Assembly (NCBI GenBank): GCA_964595945.1
Contig: CAZQSL010000004.1
Coordinates: forward strand, 231-64,230
Direction of reading: 5' to 3'
Source: an uncultured bacterium
GTDB lineage: Bacteria > UBP15 > UBA6099 > JAJRTR01
DNA: 64,000 bases
Shown here: piece by piece, positions 19,865 to 29,915 of the stretch
Numbering within the stretch: the stretch's first letter is position 1
Layout: the number at the start of each line of letters is the position of its first letter
Position numbers and translations under genes: made by a program
The notes under the pieces: model-generated
The model's input: only the letters and a program-made list of their open reading frames with translations
Databases searched by the model: none
Told to the model about the DNA's origin: nothing

Positions 19865-19985
19865 CCGGGATGTCTCCATATAGTGGATTGCAGTAGTCCG
19901 AAATCTTTTCGTTACCGCATTCAGCCATGTCATTTTATCATCATGTGATTTTATTGGGAAGATGGGCAGAAAAGAGACAGGGCCG

Positions 19986-20822
19986 TCATGGCAGGATGGT
20001 GAAGCAATGCCAGTTGGATTCTTCTGCGTGTATGACGTCGTTGCCATATACCGCGGTGATCATGTCAGCGGCCTGCTCCGCGAGATGATCGGTGTGGATA
20101 CCCGAAACGATGATCGCCTGCCGCTGCGCCGCGCGAAACTGTGGAGCCCCTATGATCCGCATCGATATACCGAAACTGATGTTACATAAAACAATCCCGC
20201 CTGGTATCGAGAGATGCCTCATGGCATCCGCTTGCACAAATTTGAAACGCGCTCCGAGGCAGTTGGCCTCTGCGTTGTGATTTGCCGCCATGCAGGCGTG
20301 GGGAGACAGGTCTATCCCTGTTGCGCGCGAGGCGCCGGAGCGCAATGCCGCAAAGGAAAGCACGCCGCTGCCACACCCGAAGTCGACGACCGCGCCCCCT
20401 TTTGCAATGGCGGGCGGCAGCATGGAAATGGCATTGAGCGCAAGCCGGGTCGCCGGGTGGAGTCCCGTGCCGAATGACAGCCCCGGGTCTATCACTATAT
20501 CCATCGGCTCAGCCGGGATCGTGCCGCGCTCCCATTCCGGGACGATGCGCCATCGGGCGACTTGTGTTGTCGTGAATGGCACTCCGCATTCCCAGTCGGA
20601 GTAATCACTTTCGGCCTCGTACACAAGTGAGAGCGCATCGGATGTGGAGAGTAATGAATGTACGAGTCCCGCAGCCGGATGGCTGAATACAAGGACACTC
20701 AGCCCGTCGTCGTCTATCGCGCCGATATATGTGTCGTCGAAGGATAATTGACAGTCAGTGATGTCCGGACATCCGGCAATACCGTAGAGATACAGTTTTC
20801 CGCAGGGATGACGGCTTGTCAT
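19986..20822 (-). CDS. prmA: Ribosomal protein L11 methyltransferase
   Basis: IDPGLSFGTGLHPATRLAL and VVDFGCGSGVLSFAALRSGASRATGIDLSPHA match PrmA. Start at an internal ATG that forms an ATGA overlap with the upstream gene's stop. Confidence 0.8.
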   Translation of the reverse strand: MTSRHPCGKLYLYGIAGCPDITDCQLSFDDTYIGAIDDDGLSVLVFSHPAAGLVHSLLSTSDALSLVYEAESDYSDWECGVPFTTTQVARWRIVPEWERGTIPAEPMDIVIDPGLSFGTGLHPATRLALNAISMLPPAIAKGGAVVDFGCGSGVLSFAALRSGASRATGIDLSPHACMAANHNAEANCLGARFKFVQADAMRHLSIPGGIVLCNISFGISMRIIGAPQFRAAQRQAIIVSGIHTDHLAEQAADMITAVYGNDVIHAEESNWHCFTILP

Positions 20823-21673
20823 TTCGGCTGCTGCGCAAGCTTCGTTTCGTAGATGGCGCACAGCTGGCCTGTCAGGTGTGCTGTCGCGAGGCAATTCAGC
20901 GGGATTGTGACAAGCAGTCCTACACAGCAGCACAAAACTCCGACAGTCGTATATAGCGTCGGGAGTATCATTGCGAGTACAAACACCAGAAATGCCTGTC
21001 CCAATGACGTTTTGATATATTTGAAGCATTTGACAGGATTCAGTATGGCGAATGGTTTGTTTTCCAGGATCGCGACAGGCAGCGCAAGATAAAAGTAGGC
21101 AATGACAATAAAATTCAGCACCATCATCAGTGAGGCCGCGAACATCCCCTTGCCCAGCAGGCTAGACAAATCTTCTATCGAGGCTGGATTGTGGATGGAG
21201 GCCCCAAAGAACAGGTTGGACAAAAAACCGGTCGCGAGAAAATACAAAACGATCATCAGCGCATAGGGAAAGCCGGCGGAAAAATGCTGCCCGATTTTCA
21301 GGTCAGGCAACGGCACGTCACTATTGCCCCGCCGGACATTGTTGGCAACTTCTATAAAGTATCCCAATACTGAAAAATGGAGGACCGGGATCAGCGATAC
21401 GACACCGATCAGCAGGCATTTCGAGAGCCATGACGGGTCTTTGAAGGGAAACTCAAGCGGACGGCCCGCTTCTATGAACAGCTTGCCAGGCTGGGGCTGG
21501 AAGCCGCAATTGCCTGCAGGCACGCCGCTTGTATCCGGCGGAGGCGGATATCCGCTTTCCTGCGGGGGTGGCGCGGGTGGTGGCGGCGTGCGCGGAGTAT
21601 TCAATATGGCGCCGCAGTGCGAACATATCGTTATGCCATCGGCGATTTTTGTCCCACATTTGCTGCAATACAC
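20819..21673 (-). CDS. Membrane protein with an N-terminal zinc ribbon and a Pro-rich linker
   Basis: MYCSKCGTKIADGITICSHCGA (CX2C-X13-CX2C), a PPPPAPPPQESGYPPPP linker, then ~6 TM helices. Translationally coupled to prmA. Confidence 0.55.
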   Translation of the reverse strand: MYCSKCGTKIADGITICSHCGAILNTPRTPPPPAPPPQESGYPPPPDTSGVPAGNCGFQPQPGKLFIEAGRPLEFPFKDPSWLSKCLLIGVVSLIPVLHFSVLGYFIEVANNVRRGNSDVPLPDLKIGQHFSAGFPYALMIVLYFLATGFLSNLFFGASIHNPASIEDLSSLLGKGMFAASLMMVLNFIVIAYFYLALPVAILENKPFAILNPVKCFKYIKTSLGQAFLVFVLAMILPTLYTTVGVLCCCVGLLVTIPLNCLATAHLTGQLCAIYETKLAQQPK

Positions 21674-21739
21674 GGGCAGTCTCCAGATATGATATCCTGC
21701 TTATGATAACAAATAAAAGCCGAAAAGGCCATATCCCCG

Positions 21740-22210
21740 CTATTCTGGCCGGGGACTGTGATAAAGATATGTCAGGCGTGGAAAAAAACTGTGACGGGCG
21801 TAAAAGTCAAGAAGCGGCTCGTTGCCATATACAATACAAAGCTTGACCCTGTCCGCCCCGGCTGTTGTAAGCCATTCGACAGCGCGATCGAGCAGTGAGC
21901 CTCCGAGTCCGGATTTTCGATGACGGGATTCGATGAACAGTGAGTCGACCTCTCCTTCGGACTCGGGACAGAGCGATGAGACACAATAGGCGGCAGGACA
22001 TCCGGAATCGTCGCGCGCGATTTCGATTCGCACCGCATCATCCCCCTTCGCGACTATACGATTATACCTGCTTTCGAAAGATTGGTTTTTATAGTGATCC
22101 TTGAAGAACGGGCTAACATCAAAGCTGATTTCATTCAGCTTCAGCCACATGGGCTCGATGGCGCCGATCCGTGCGAGCGGAATGATTTCGTATGTATAGT
22201 GACCGGACAT
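21740..22210 (-). CDS. GNAT family N-acetyltransferase
   Basis: Acetyl-CoA binding motif region LFIESRHRKSGLGGSLLDRAVEW. Confidence 0.7.
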   Translation of the reverse strand: MSGHYTYEIIPLARIGAIEPMWLKLNEISFDVSPFFKDHYKNQSFESRYNRIVAKGDDAVRIEIARDDSGCPAAYCVSSLCPESEGEVDSLFIESRHRKSGLGGSLLDRAVEWLTTAGADRVKLCIVYGNEPLLDFYARHSFFPRLTYLYHSPRPE

Positions 22211-22240
22211 GTGACTCTCCAGATATCTGGAGTCATGGCT

Positions 22241-23164
22241 TCAGCCAGAGATGATCCTGACTTCTGGCTCAAGCATGACCGCCGAATGTTTCCACACCTG
22301 CGACATTACATGATCCGCAATCGCAAGGATGTCGGAAGTGGTCGCGTTGTTGTAGTTGACAATGAAATTCGCGTGTTTTTCAGAAACCTTCGCGCCGCCG
22401 ATCGAAAACCCTTTCAGTCCCGAGCGTTCGATAAGTACGGCTGCCGGAATCGCGCCGGGAGGGTTTTTGAAAAAACTGCCGCACGAATACCCGGCTGGCT
22501 GCCTGTTTCTCCGCGCCACGGCAAACCCGCCGGTCCTCTGCACAATGATTTCCCGGTCAGCACGCTGCCTGACCGCAAGTCTGACTCCCGTTATCGTATG
22601 CCCTGACAATGAGGTCTGGAACAGGCTTGACCTGTATGCAAAAGCGAGTTCGGCAGCCTGATGCGGGACAGGGTCCCCTTCTGGAGAGATGCTTGATACT
22701 GAGATGACAAAGTCGGAAAAAGAAGAGCCAAAAGCCCCGGCATTCATCCACACGGCGCCGCCGAGCGTGCCTGGAATACCCGAAAGGGGCTCGAAGCCAC
22801 TGATCCCGTTTGCGGCGCATAGAGCATTGAGCCGGGCCGGTGATATGCCAGCGCCGCATTCGATTGTGTCGCCGTCGATCCGGAAATCGCACAGGCTGCG
22901 TCCCACCTTGAGCACAGGCAACGAAATCCCACTGTCTGGAAACAGCATGTTGCTGCCGCCGCCCAGTATCAGGAAATCCGCGGAAAGCGCCGCGAACGCG
23001 CGAACGGCTGATGCTACTCCAGCGGAACTGAGGGGCACGACCATGACATGGCAAATGCCGCCCGTACGAAAGGTCGAGTGGCGCGACAGGGGTTCGCAAA
23101 GCTTCAACTCGCATCCCGTCAGAGTGGATTCGAGATCATGTATGAGGCTGGGTAGTGTCATCAC
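22241..23164 (-). CDS. murB: UDP-N-acetylenolpyruvoylglucosamine reductase
   Basis: FAD-binding N-terminus RHSTFRTGG...LILGGGSNMLF and a MurB C-terminal domain. Confidence 0.85.
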   Translation of the reverse strand: MMTLPSLIHDLESTLTGCELKLCEPLSRHSTFRTGGICHVMVVPLSSAGVASAVRAFAALSADFLILGGGSNMLFPDSGISLPVLKVGRSLCDFRIDGDTIECGAGISPARLNALCAANGISGFEPLSGIPGTLGGAVWMNAGAFGSSFSDFVISVSSISPEGDPVPHQAAELAFAYRSSLFQTSLSGHTITGVRLAVRQRADREIIVQRTGGFAVARRNRQPAGYSCGSFFKNPPGAIPAAVLIERSGLKGFSIGGAKVSEKHANFIVNYNNATTSDILAIADHVMSQVWKHSAVMLEPEVRIISG

Positions 23165-23170
23165 GGATGA

Positions 23171-23437
23171 TCATCCGCCGCCGGCTGGAGGCAGGATATG
23201 GATAACATCGTTTTCCCTGACCGGCGTCCTGACACCCTTGAGGAAAGCGATGCTGCTGGTATTGAGGAAAATATGACTAGTCACGGCGGCCTTCGCGGCC
23301 TCCGGCGGAAAATGCTTCTTGAGATAGTTCAGGGCATCCTTGACGGTGCGGGCCTCGCACTGCACAATTTCGCAGCCGAATTTTTCCCGCAGAGTGGAAT
23401 AGAGCCTGATGGTTATCGCGACTGCCGGACTGCTCAT
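23171..23437 (-). CDS. MoaD/ThiS-like ubiquitin-fold protein ending in Gly-Gly
   Basis: ~88 aa with C-terminus ...IHILPPAGGG, a beta-grasp-like pattern. Start chosen at the second Met (MSSPAV). Confidence 0.5.
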   Translation of the reverse strand: MSSPAVAITIRLYSTLREKFGCEIVQCEARTVKDALNYLKKHFPPEAAKAAVTSHIFLNTSSIAFLKGVRTPVRENDVIHILPPAGGG

Positions 23438-23506
23438 CCAGATGCTCCCTTGCGCAGACTTTTCGGCAACATTATATATCAAATCGCAGCAATGTCCAAA
23501 TGATGT

Positions 23507-24970
23507 TCAGGCAGTGTGATCATGGAAAAGCACGCTGCGCCCCGGCCAGAAGTCCGGAACCCGCTTCTGGGTTGGTCGGTACCATCTCACGCCCTTGGAT
23601 ACGTATCGAACATTGCGGTAGTCATCGAGATTATCGAATGGATTGCCTTCGATGATGGTGAAGTATGCCTTTTTGCCAGGCGTAACCGATCCGATGTCAT
23701 TACGTCCCACAAACGACGCGGCATCACTGGTCGCCGCCCTGATAGCCGCCGCACGCGTCATGCCCACATGTTCGAGTCTGAGCAGTTCGTCGATGAGTTC
23801 GCCCGGCCATGTCACGACCGCACCGAAATCGGTGCCTGCCAGCATCGGTATCCCGGCGGCCACCATTCGTGACGCGTTGCGCTCGATAGTTGCGTAGACA
23901 GACCTGTTCGCGCGGGGATAGCCCATCGATTCCGTGTAGCTCTCGCCATTGAAATCAGTCCAGGTCGAACATACGTACATCAGATGTTCATGGGCATGAG
24001 GATCAAGATAGTTTTTTGAGACATCGCTTTTCAGAAATCCGATCTTCTCCTCAAAACGCGCCTGCGAATCGTTGATCGTAAGAGTCGGCACCATCACGAT
24101 GCCACTGCGCTTGAGAGTGGATATCTCGCCGTCGGTCAGATCACGGTCATAGACGACATGTTCGAGCGAATCCGGGCGCAGCTTGAGAAGCTGGTTGAAG
24201 TCGTCGGCAAAATTATGATGGACGCTTGTCTTGCGCCCGGCTTTTCTGGCTTCGGCACAGACAGCCAGAAAAATATCATCGGCTATGACAGGAGTCCTCA
24301 CGCCATCGGTATAGCGGCGCGAACGGCTCGTATAACCGAGCTTGACATGATCCGCGCCGGACGAAATCAGCGCCCGGGCAAGTGTGGCGGCCTCTTCCGG
24401 CGACTGCGGCTCGTACTTCGCCTGCCCGAGTATCGCGGCAAGTTTCGGAGGCAGTGGTTTGAGCGCCTGGGGATACCCGCCGTGTGTCGAAAAAATGCCA
24501 CCTGAAATCAGTACATCCGGCCCCTTGATACGCCCTGAAGCACACCGCCGCCTGAAATTGCTCACCACCTTGAAGGGGGATAGCATGTCGCGCACACACA
24601 CGATGCCGGCCGCAAGGGCGCACTCTGCGTTGAGCCGCATCTGCGCAACCGCCCAAAAGCCCGGAAAACCCTTCTGCTCTGTTATGTACGGACTGAGAAT
24701 GTGACAGTGACAATCTATCAGCCCCGGAGAAACGGTCAGTCCCGAACAGTCGATCACCTTTCTCCTCTCGTGGCTGATGTTCGGCGCCATGTCGAGGATC
24801 AGGCCATTTTCGACAAGAATGTCATCGGGGCCACGCAACACACCCTCTACCACGTCCAAATAGTGGGCATTTCGCAAAACAACACTGTCTTCTGGAAAAG
24901 AATAGTTTTCAATCATCCCCGCCCCCCCATATTTCCAGAGATGCTTCCCGGTTTGTGATACTGTATCCAT
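23507..24970 (-). CDS. Amidohydrolase-family metal-dependent hydrolase
   Basis: VSPGLIDCHCHI metal-binding HxH and later His/Asp motifs (DHVKLGY, GTDFG). Confidence 0.7.
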   Translation of the reverse strand: MDTVSQTGKHLWKYGGAGMIENYSFPEDSVVLRNAHYLDVVEGVLRGPDDILVENGLILDMAPNISHERRKVIDCSGLTVSPGLIDCHCHILSPYITEQKGFPGFWAVAQMRLNAECALAAGIVCVRDMLSPFKVVSNFRRRCASGRIKGPDVLISGGIFSTHGGYPQALKPLPPKLAAILGQAKYEPQSPEEAATLARALISSGADHVKLGYTSRSRRYTDGVRTPVIADDIFLAVCAEARKAGRKTSVHHNFADDFNQLLKLRPDSLEHVVYDRDLTDGEISTLKRSGIVMVPTLTINDSQARFEEKIGFLKSDVSKNYLDPHAHEHLMYVCSTWTDFNGESYTESMGYPRANRSVYATIERNASRMVAAGIPMLAGTDFGAVVTWPGELIDELLRLEHVGMTRAAAIRAATSDAASFVGRNDIGSVTPGKKAYFTIIEGNPFDNLDDYRNVRYVSKGVRWYRPTQKRVPDFWPGRSVLFHDHTA

Positions 24971-25133
24971 GATACCATGTTTTCCGGATTAAATGATAGT
25001 GGATTATCCCGGAAAGACGACACTCCCCCCCCCAGCCATTTGCCTTACCGGCACGCCCGGCACTACAATATATGATTATAATCCCGGCTCCTGCAATGGA
25101 ATCCGGACCGGCACGCGCGCACGAGAGGCAATT

Positions 25134-26501
25134 ATGAAACCATCTTATGACATAGTGATAGCTGGCGGAGGACTCTCTGGCATCGCCGCCGCTGCCGGGG
25201 CCGCGCGGACAGGCGCATCGGTCTGCGTCATCGAGCAGAGCCACACACCCGGCGGCACTGCCGTCACATCACTCGTCGGCCCGCTGCTCACATTTCACTC
25301 ACCCGCCGGACGCGTCATTGGCGGATTCGCGCAATCGCTCGTCGAGCGTCTCATGGCCGCCGGGGCATCCCCCGGACACCTTCCCGATCCTGTCGGGTTC
25401 GCCTCGTCAGTCACCCCGGTCGATCCTGATTCGCTCCGCATCACACTCACACGCATCCTCCGCGAAGCCGGCATCGATCTGCTGCTCGGCCATCGTTTCC
25501 TCGACATAAACAAAAATGGTTCCATAGCTGCTTCCGCACTTTTCGAAGGAACTTCTGGTGAGCTTGTCGAAATCTCCGGCCGTTTTTTCATCGACGCAAC
25601 CGGCAACGGCGATCTCACCCTCGCTGCGGGCGCTCCGATGGAGATCGACAAAGACTGCCAGCCCATGACTCTCATTTTCTTCATGGACAATGTCGATACG
25701 GCTTCGATCATACAATACCAGAAAACACATCCCGATGAATTTTACATGCCGCAGGATATTACGGTGCTCGACCGGGCATATACCGGAGTGTCGGGATTTT
25801 TCAGCCATGTCGCGAAAGCACGGACTGACGGACGGCTTTCCGTAAAACGCGACAGACTGTTGCTGTATGGCACTACGCGCCCGGGAGAAGTTTTGATCAA
25901 TACGACTCGCGTGACCGGATACAGCGGCCTTTCGCAATCTGATATTACCGCCGCCACCGCCGAAGCTCTTGAACAGATTGACGAACTTGTGAAATTTGTC
26001 AAAAGCAGCGTGCCGGGATTTTCCAACGCGCGGCTCACCCGCATCGCCGAGCGGATAGGAGTACGTGAAACCCGCCGTCTGTCGGGCCGCTACGTGATGA
26101 ATGAGTACGATGTGGCAGAATCATCGCGATTTGACGACGCCATCGCCAAAGGCGCGTTTCCGATGGATATACACCTGCCGGACAGTAGCGGCATGAGCTT
26201 CACGATGCTGCGCGGCACAGGCCACTATGACATACCGCTGCGGTCACTGCTCAACACTGTCACTGACAACGTGCTGACCGTTGGCAAGTGCATTTCCGTC
26301 ACCCACTCCGGATTTTCCTCGACACGGGTGATGGCCACCTGCATGGCGGTCGGCCAGGCCGGCGGTGTGGCGGCGGCTCTCGCGCTCAATTCGGGTAAAG
26401 ACTGCGAAGATATCACTTCTGCGATCCAGTCCGAACTCCGCAGCCAGCAGGCAATTATCTTCGAAGAAGACATAGTAACTCCTGATCACCGCGAACCGTA
26501 A
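25134..26501 (+). CDS. FAD-dependent oxidoreductase
   Basis: Rossmann motif YDIVIAGGGLSGIAAAAGAARTGASVCVIEQ. Start set at MKPSYD (25134) rather than the ORF-track start at 24993. Confidence 0.7.
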   Translation: MKPSYDIVIAGGGLSGIAAAAGAARTGASVCVIEQSHTPGGTAVTSLVGPLLTFHSPAGRVIGGFAQSLVERLMAAGASPGHLPDPVGFASSVTPVDPDSLRITLTRILREAGIDLLLGHRFLDINKNGSIAASALFEGTSGELVEISGRFFIDATGNGDLTLAAGAPMEIDKDCQPMTLIFFMDNVDTASIIQYQKTHPDEFYMPQDITVLDRAYTGVSGFFSHVAKARTDGRLSVKRDRLLLYGTTRPGEVLINTTRVTGYSGLSQSDITAATAEALEQIDELVKFVKSSVPGFSNARLTRIAERIGVRETRRLSGRYVMNEYDVAESSRFDDAIAKGAFPMDIHLPDSSGMSFTMLRGTGHYDIPLRSLLNTVTDNVLTVGKCISVTHSGFSSTRVMATCMAVGQAGGVAAALALNSGKDCEDITSAIQSELRSQQAIIFEEDIVTPDHREP

Positions 26502-26553
26502 CAGGGAAGAGCCATCGAGCCACATGTCTTCCCGGATATAACCCCGGCGATAC

Positions 26554-27510
26554 TCATTTCCCGGACTGTTTAGCCAGCCATGCCTGATAATCTTTTTCCC
26601 ATCCATTTTTTTCGGCGTCTTCATAGAGTGAAATGATCGGGTCGTAGTCGGCTTTGCTGACATCTATGATTTTAAGTTTGAGTGTCGATACGATGGCTCT
26701 GTGCTGCGCCATCGCGGGATGTTTGAAAATCCCCTTCATCTCGGCTGAAAACTTGCCGACATCCACCCCCGGCACTGATTTCGAATAGAGGAACGGCAGA
26801 TCATAATAATCCTTCGTGCATCCGATATTTTTCACCGACGAGGCCTGTGTGGGATTCATCATCTTTAGCATGTCGTAATTGGTGCGCAGGATAAACGCTG
26901 CGTCGACCTTTTTTGCCACAAGCATCTGGAGAGCCTCACGCCCCTTGTGTTTTGGCACAATGGCGCCGAGGAAGGCATCAGGCGGTTTTTTGAAAATCTG
27001 GCGCAGACTGTAGTACCCCTCACGGGTATAGTATGACGCAAGCGTCAGTCCCTTGAGATCGGCGGAACTCGTGATATTGCGGTCGCGCGCCACATAGAGA
27101 CATATCGGATTTTCTCGATTGCCGAACATGCCGAGAGCGAGGAAGGGTTCATATCCGGATTTTTTCACCGACGGCAACAGCAGATCATGCTTGTTGGAAT
27201 AGGCAAAATCCAAATCGTTTTTCTTAATCGCCGTCATGTATTCCTTTTCATCGGTAAACCACTTCATCGTGATTTTGATTTCCTGATTGGTGACGAGCAC
27301 CTTGGCGATGTCCGTAACCATTTTCTTGAGTTCGGCATCCTGCCCGTAACCGTCGGCAAAATACACGCCCATGGTATATTCGCTTTTTGCATACGAATTC
27401 ACCGATCCGGTGACTGCTGATATCGCAATCAGCACAAAACATGCCAGTAAAAGCAATTTCCGCGATCCCGCATATCTTTGTGATGCGTATGTATCAGATG
27501 ATTTCGCCAT
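26554..27510 (-). CDS. PhnD/SsuA-like periplasmic substrate-binding protein (orphan)
   Basis: Signal peptide (LLLLACFVLIAISAVTG) and a type-2 periplasmic binding fold pattern. No ABC permease or ATPase adjacent. Confidence 0.45.
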   Translation of the reverse strand: MAKSSDTYASQRYAGSRKLLLLACFVLIAISAVTGSVNSYAKSEYTMGVYFADGYGQDAELKKMVTDIAKVLVTNQEIKITMKWFTDEKEYMTAIKKNDLDFAYSNKHDLLLPSVKKSGYEPFLALGMFGNRENPICLYVARDRNITSSADLKGLTLASYYTREGYYSLRQIFKKPPDAFLGAIVPKHKGREALQMLVAKKVDAAFILRTNYDMLKMMNPTQASSVKNIGCTKDYYDLPFLYSKSVPGVDVGKFSAEMKGIFKHPAMAQHRAIVSTLKLKIIDVSKADYDPIISLYEDAEKNGWEKDYQAWLAKQSGK

Positions 27511-27723
27511 CCTGTTTCTCCTTTCCCATGTTCGACTGTATCGATCGCCTGATCCCATCCTATTATGAATTTGTTATGGACATGCTACCCACATGTTAAA
27601 ATACTATTAGAATTTTCTGGATTCCGCATCATATTTTCATTTTATCCTGCATGAATCTATGCTATAGTGAATTGTAAAATAGTAATGAGATCAGTCATCA
27701 ACAGATGAAAGGAACAGGCGCCA

Positions 27724-29823
27724 ATGAACTGCCCGAGATGTGGCACCGAACTCGTACAGATAATGACACGGCGCGGGGTGATCGCCGATATATGCCCTGC
27801 GGGTCATGGATTCTGGATTGACGGCGGCGAGATTTACTTCTTCATCGACGATCCGAAAAAATTCGACGAAGCCATCAGGAGAGGTCTTTCCGGGGGCATC
27901 GCGAAAGGCGTGCCATGCCCCCGCTGCGCCAATCCGCGCATGGACAATGGCAAGCTCGATGGCAAGGGGCCACTCATCGATATGTGCGGCAAGTGCCACG
28001 GAATATGGTTCGACAAGGGCGAACTCACCGAGATCAACAAAGCCTTCGGCGGGAAACTCGACCCTTACATGGAAGTCATGGATGACTTCAGGAAGACCCG
28101 GCTCGCCGAGCGCATGCAACAGCCCGCCCCACCCACTCCCGGCGACAGACACCCATCCTCCCGGTCATATCCATCCGTGACTCAGGCCACCGTGATAGCC
28201 GCACGCGCGGCTCTGCCTCATCTTCGGGGGCTCGCACTCAGCTCCATCGTTTCCATGTCCGCCCTGTACGGACTGCTTTTTGTCGTCTTCGCCGCTGTCA
28301 CCATCTACACAAATATCAGCATACATTTCGCGTTCGCATTCGCCCTTGTGTTCACGATTGTCCAATTCCTGATCGCACCGTGGATGATGGACCTTTCATT
28401 GAGATGGTTCAACGGCATGACGTGGGTCGGCACAAACGATCTTCCAAAACACCTTGTCGCATTCATCAGCAAGACGACGGAACTCGAAAATATGCCTTTC
28501 CCCCGCATCGGCATGATCCATGACGGCACACCCAATGCCTTCACCTATGGCCGCTCTCCGCGAGACGCCCGCATCGTGATCACTCAGGGCCTCATCGACA
28601 TCCTCTCCCCCGAAGAACTCGAAGCCGTCGTCGCGCACGAAATCGGACACGCACGCCACTGGGACATACTCATCATGACTATTGCCGGATTTGTGCCGGT
28701 GCTGCTTTATTACATATACGACATGCTGCGCCGCTCACGCGGCGGACGCGGCGACAGCGCAAAAATCAAGTTTGCCGTCATCATCATCGCCTACATCGCA
28801 TATCTGATCAGCCAGTACATTGTCCTCTATATCTCACGTGTCCGCGAGTATCTGGCTGACAGATTCAGCGGCGAAAAGACGGCCATGCCCAACGCCCTCG
28901 CCATCGCCCTCGTCAAGATCGCCTATGGCCTCGCCGGCATGGAGAAAGAAAAACCTGCCGAAAACCAGCCCAGACGTCGCAGCGCCACGGAAGCTATCAA
29001 GACATTCGGCGTGTTCGATCCCATCGCCGCTAAAAGTCTCGCGATTTCGAGTCTCGCAAGTGGCTCTGTCACTGTCGAAAACGCTGCCGGCGCCATGCGA
29101 TGGGACATGTGGAATCCGTGGGCCACTTTCTATGAACTCAACTCGACGCATCCCCTGCCCGCCAAACGTATCCGTGCCCTCGCCAGCCAGGCCCAGGCCT
29201 ATGGCCAGCAGCCGGCCATTGTTTTCAACGAAACAAAACCCGAAAGCTACTGGGATGAATTTCTTGTCGATCTTCTCGTCATGTTGCTGCCGCTCGCAGG
29301 AGCAGCCGCAGGGCTCGCCATTGCGTTCGCAACCGGTGGAGCCAATTTCGCAGCCGTTCCGATCTGTTTCGGCGTTGCCTATGCCCTCAACCTTCTGTTT
29401 TCGTATCGCAACGGCCCGTGGCACGAAATGACTGTCAGCGCTCTCCTTAAAAACGTCAAAGTCAGCGCGGTGCGCCCCGTGCCTGTTACCCTCAAGGGCA
29501 AGATTATAGGCCGCGGGGTACCGGGCCTTATCTGGTCTGAAGACATGGTGATGCAGGATGCTACCGGTTATATTTTCCTCGACTATGCTCAGCCGTTCCG
29601 CATATTCGAGTTTTTGTTCGGGCTTTTCCGCACGCAGCGTTTCATGGGTACGGAGGTCACGGTGGAAGGCTGGTACAGGCGTGCTCCCGTACCGTATATA
29701 GAAGTCCGGAGAGTAACCGCCGGCAACACGGTCAATCGCTGTTATGTCTATGCGCTGAAATGGGCTTTCGCCGTCTCGGCCATCACGGCAGGCTTTTTCG
29801 TGATGGCATCATCCGGTTTCTGA
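27724..29823 (+). CDS. M48 (HtpX-like) zinc metallopeptidase fused to two N-terminal zf-TFIIB-type zinc ribbons, with a ~300-aa C-terminal membrane/extracytoplasmic extension
   Basis: CPRCGTEL...CPAGHGFWIDGGEI and CPRCANPRM...CGKCHGIWFDKGEL (two DUF/zf-TFIIB-like ribbons). Multiple TM helices. HEIGHARHWD HEXXH motif and a downstream glutamate region. Confidence 0.8.
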   Translation: MNCPRCGTELVQIMTRRGVIADICPAGHGFWIDGGEIYFFIDDPKKFDEAIRRGLSGGIAKGVPCPRCANPRMDNGKLDGKGPLIDMCGKCHGIWFDKGELTEINKAFGGKLDPYMEVMDDFRKTRLAERMQQPAPPTPGDRHPSSRSYPSVTQATVIAARAALPHLRGLALSSIVSMSALYGLLFVVFAAVTIYTNISIHFAFAFALVFTIVQFLIAPWMMDLSLRWFNGMTWVGTNDLPKHLVAFISKTTELENMPFPRIGMIHDGTPNAFTYGRSPRDARIVITQGLIDILSPEELEAVVAHEIGHARHWDILIMTIAGFVPVLLYYIYDMLRRSRGGRGDSAKIKFAVIIIAYIAYLISQYIVLYISRVREYLADRFSGEKTAMPNALAIALVKIAYGLAGMEKEKPAENQPRRRSATEAIKTFGVFDPIAAKSLAISSLASGSVTVENAAGAMRWDMWNPWATFYELNSTHPLPAKRIRALASQAQAYGQQPAIVFNETKPESYWDEFLVDLLVMLLPLAGAAAGLAIAFATGGANFAAVPICFGVAYALNLLFSYRNGPWHEMTVSALLKNVKVSAVRPVPVTLKGKIIGRGVPGLIWSEDMVMQDATGYIFLDYAQPFRIFEFLFGLFRTQRFMGTEVTVEGWYRRAPVPYIEVRRVTAGNTVNRCYVYALKWAFAVSAITAGFFVMASSGF

Positions 29824-29915
29824 AATATCTGGACATGAATTGCGTTGGCTCCTGTCCATGCCAGAAACAGGTACCTTTGTCTGTGATACCAAAAAGCTTT
29901 CAAAAGAGTAAAATG

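Noticed and set aside
22557-23114. 185-aa - strand ORF overlapping murB in another frame, plus several + strand ORFs (22082-22661, 22689-23276)
   Set aside because: The murB frame shows the conserved FAD-binding and C-terminal motifs; the alternative frames are Arg/Pro-rich GC artefacts.
24993-25133. 47-aa N-terminal extension on the FAD oxidoreductase ORF
   Set aside because: The Rossmann motif begins right after MKPSYD (25134), and the upstream stretch is Pro/Gly/Thr-rich with no SD, so it is likely untranslated.
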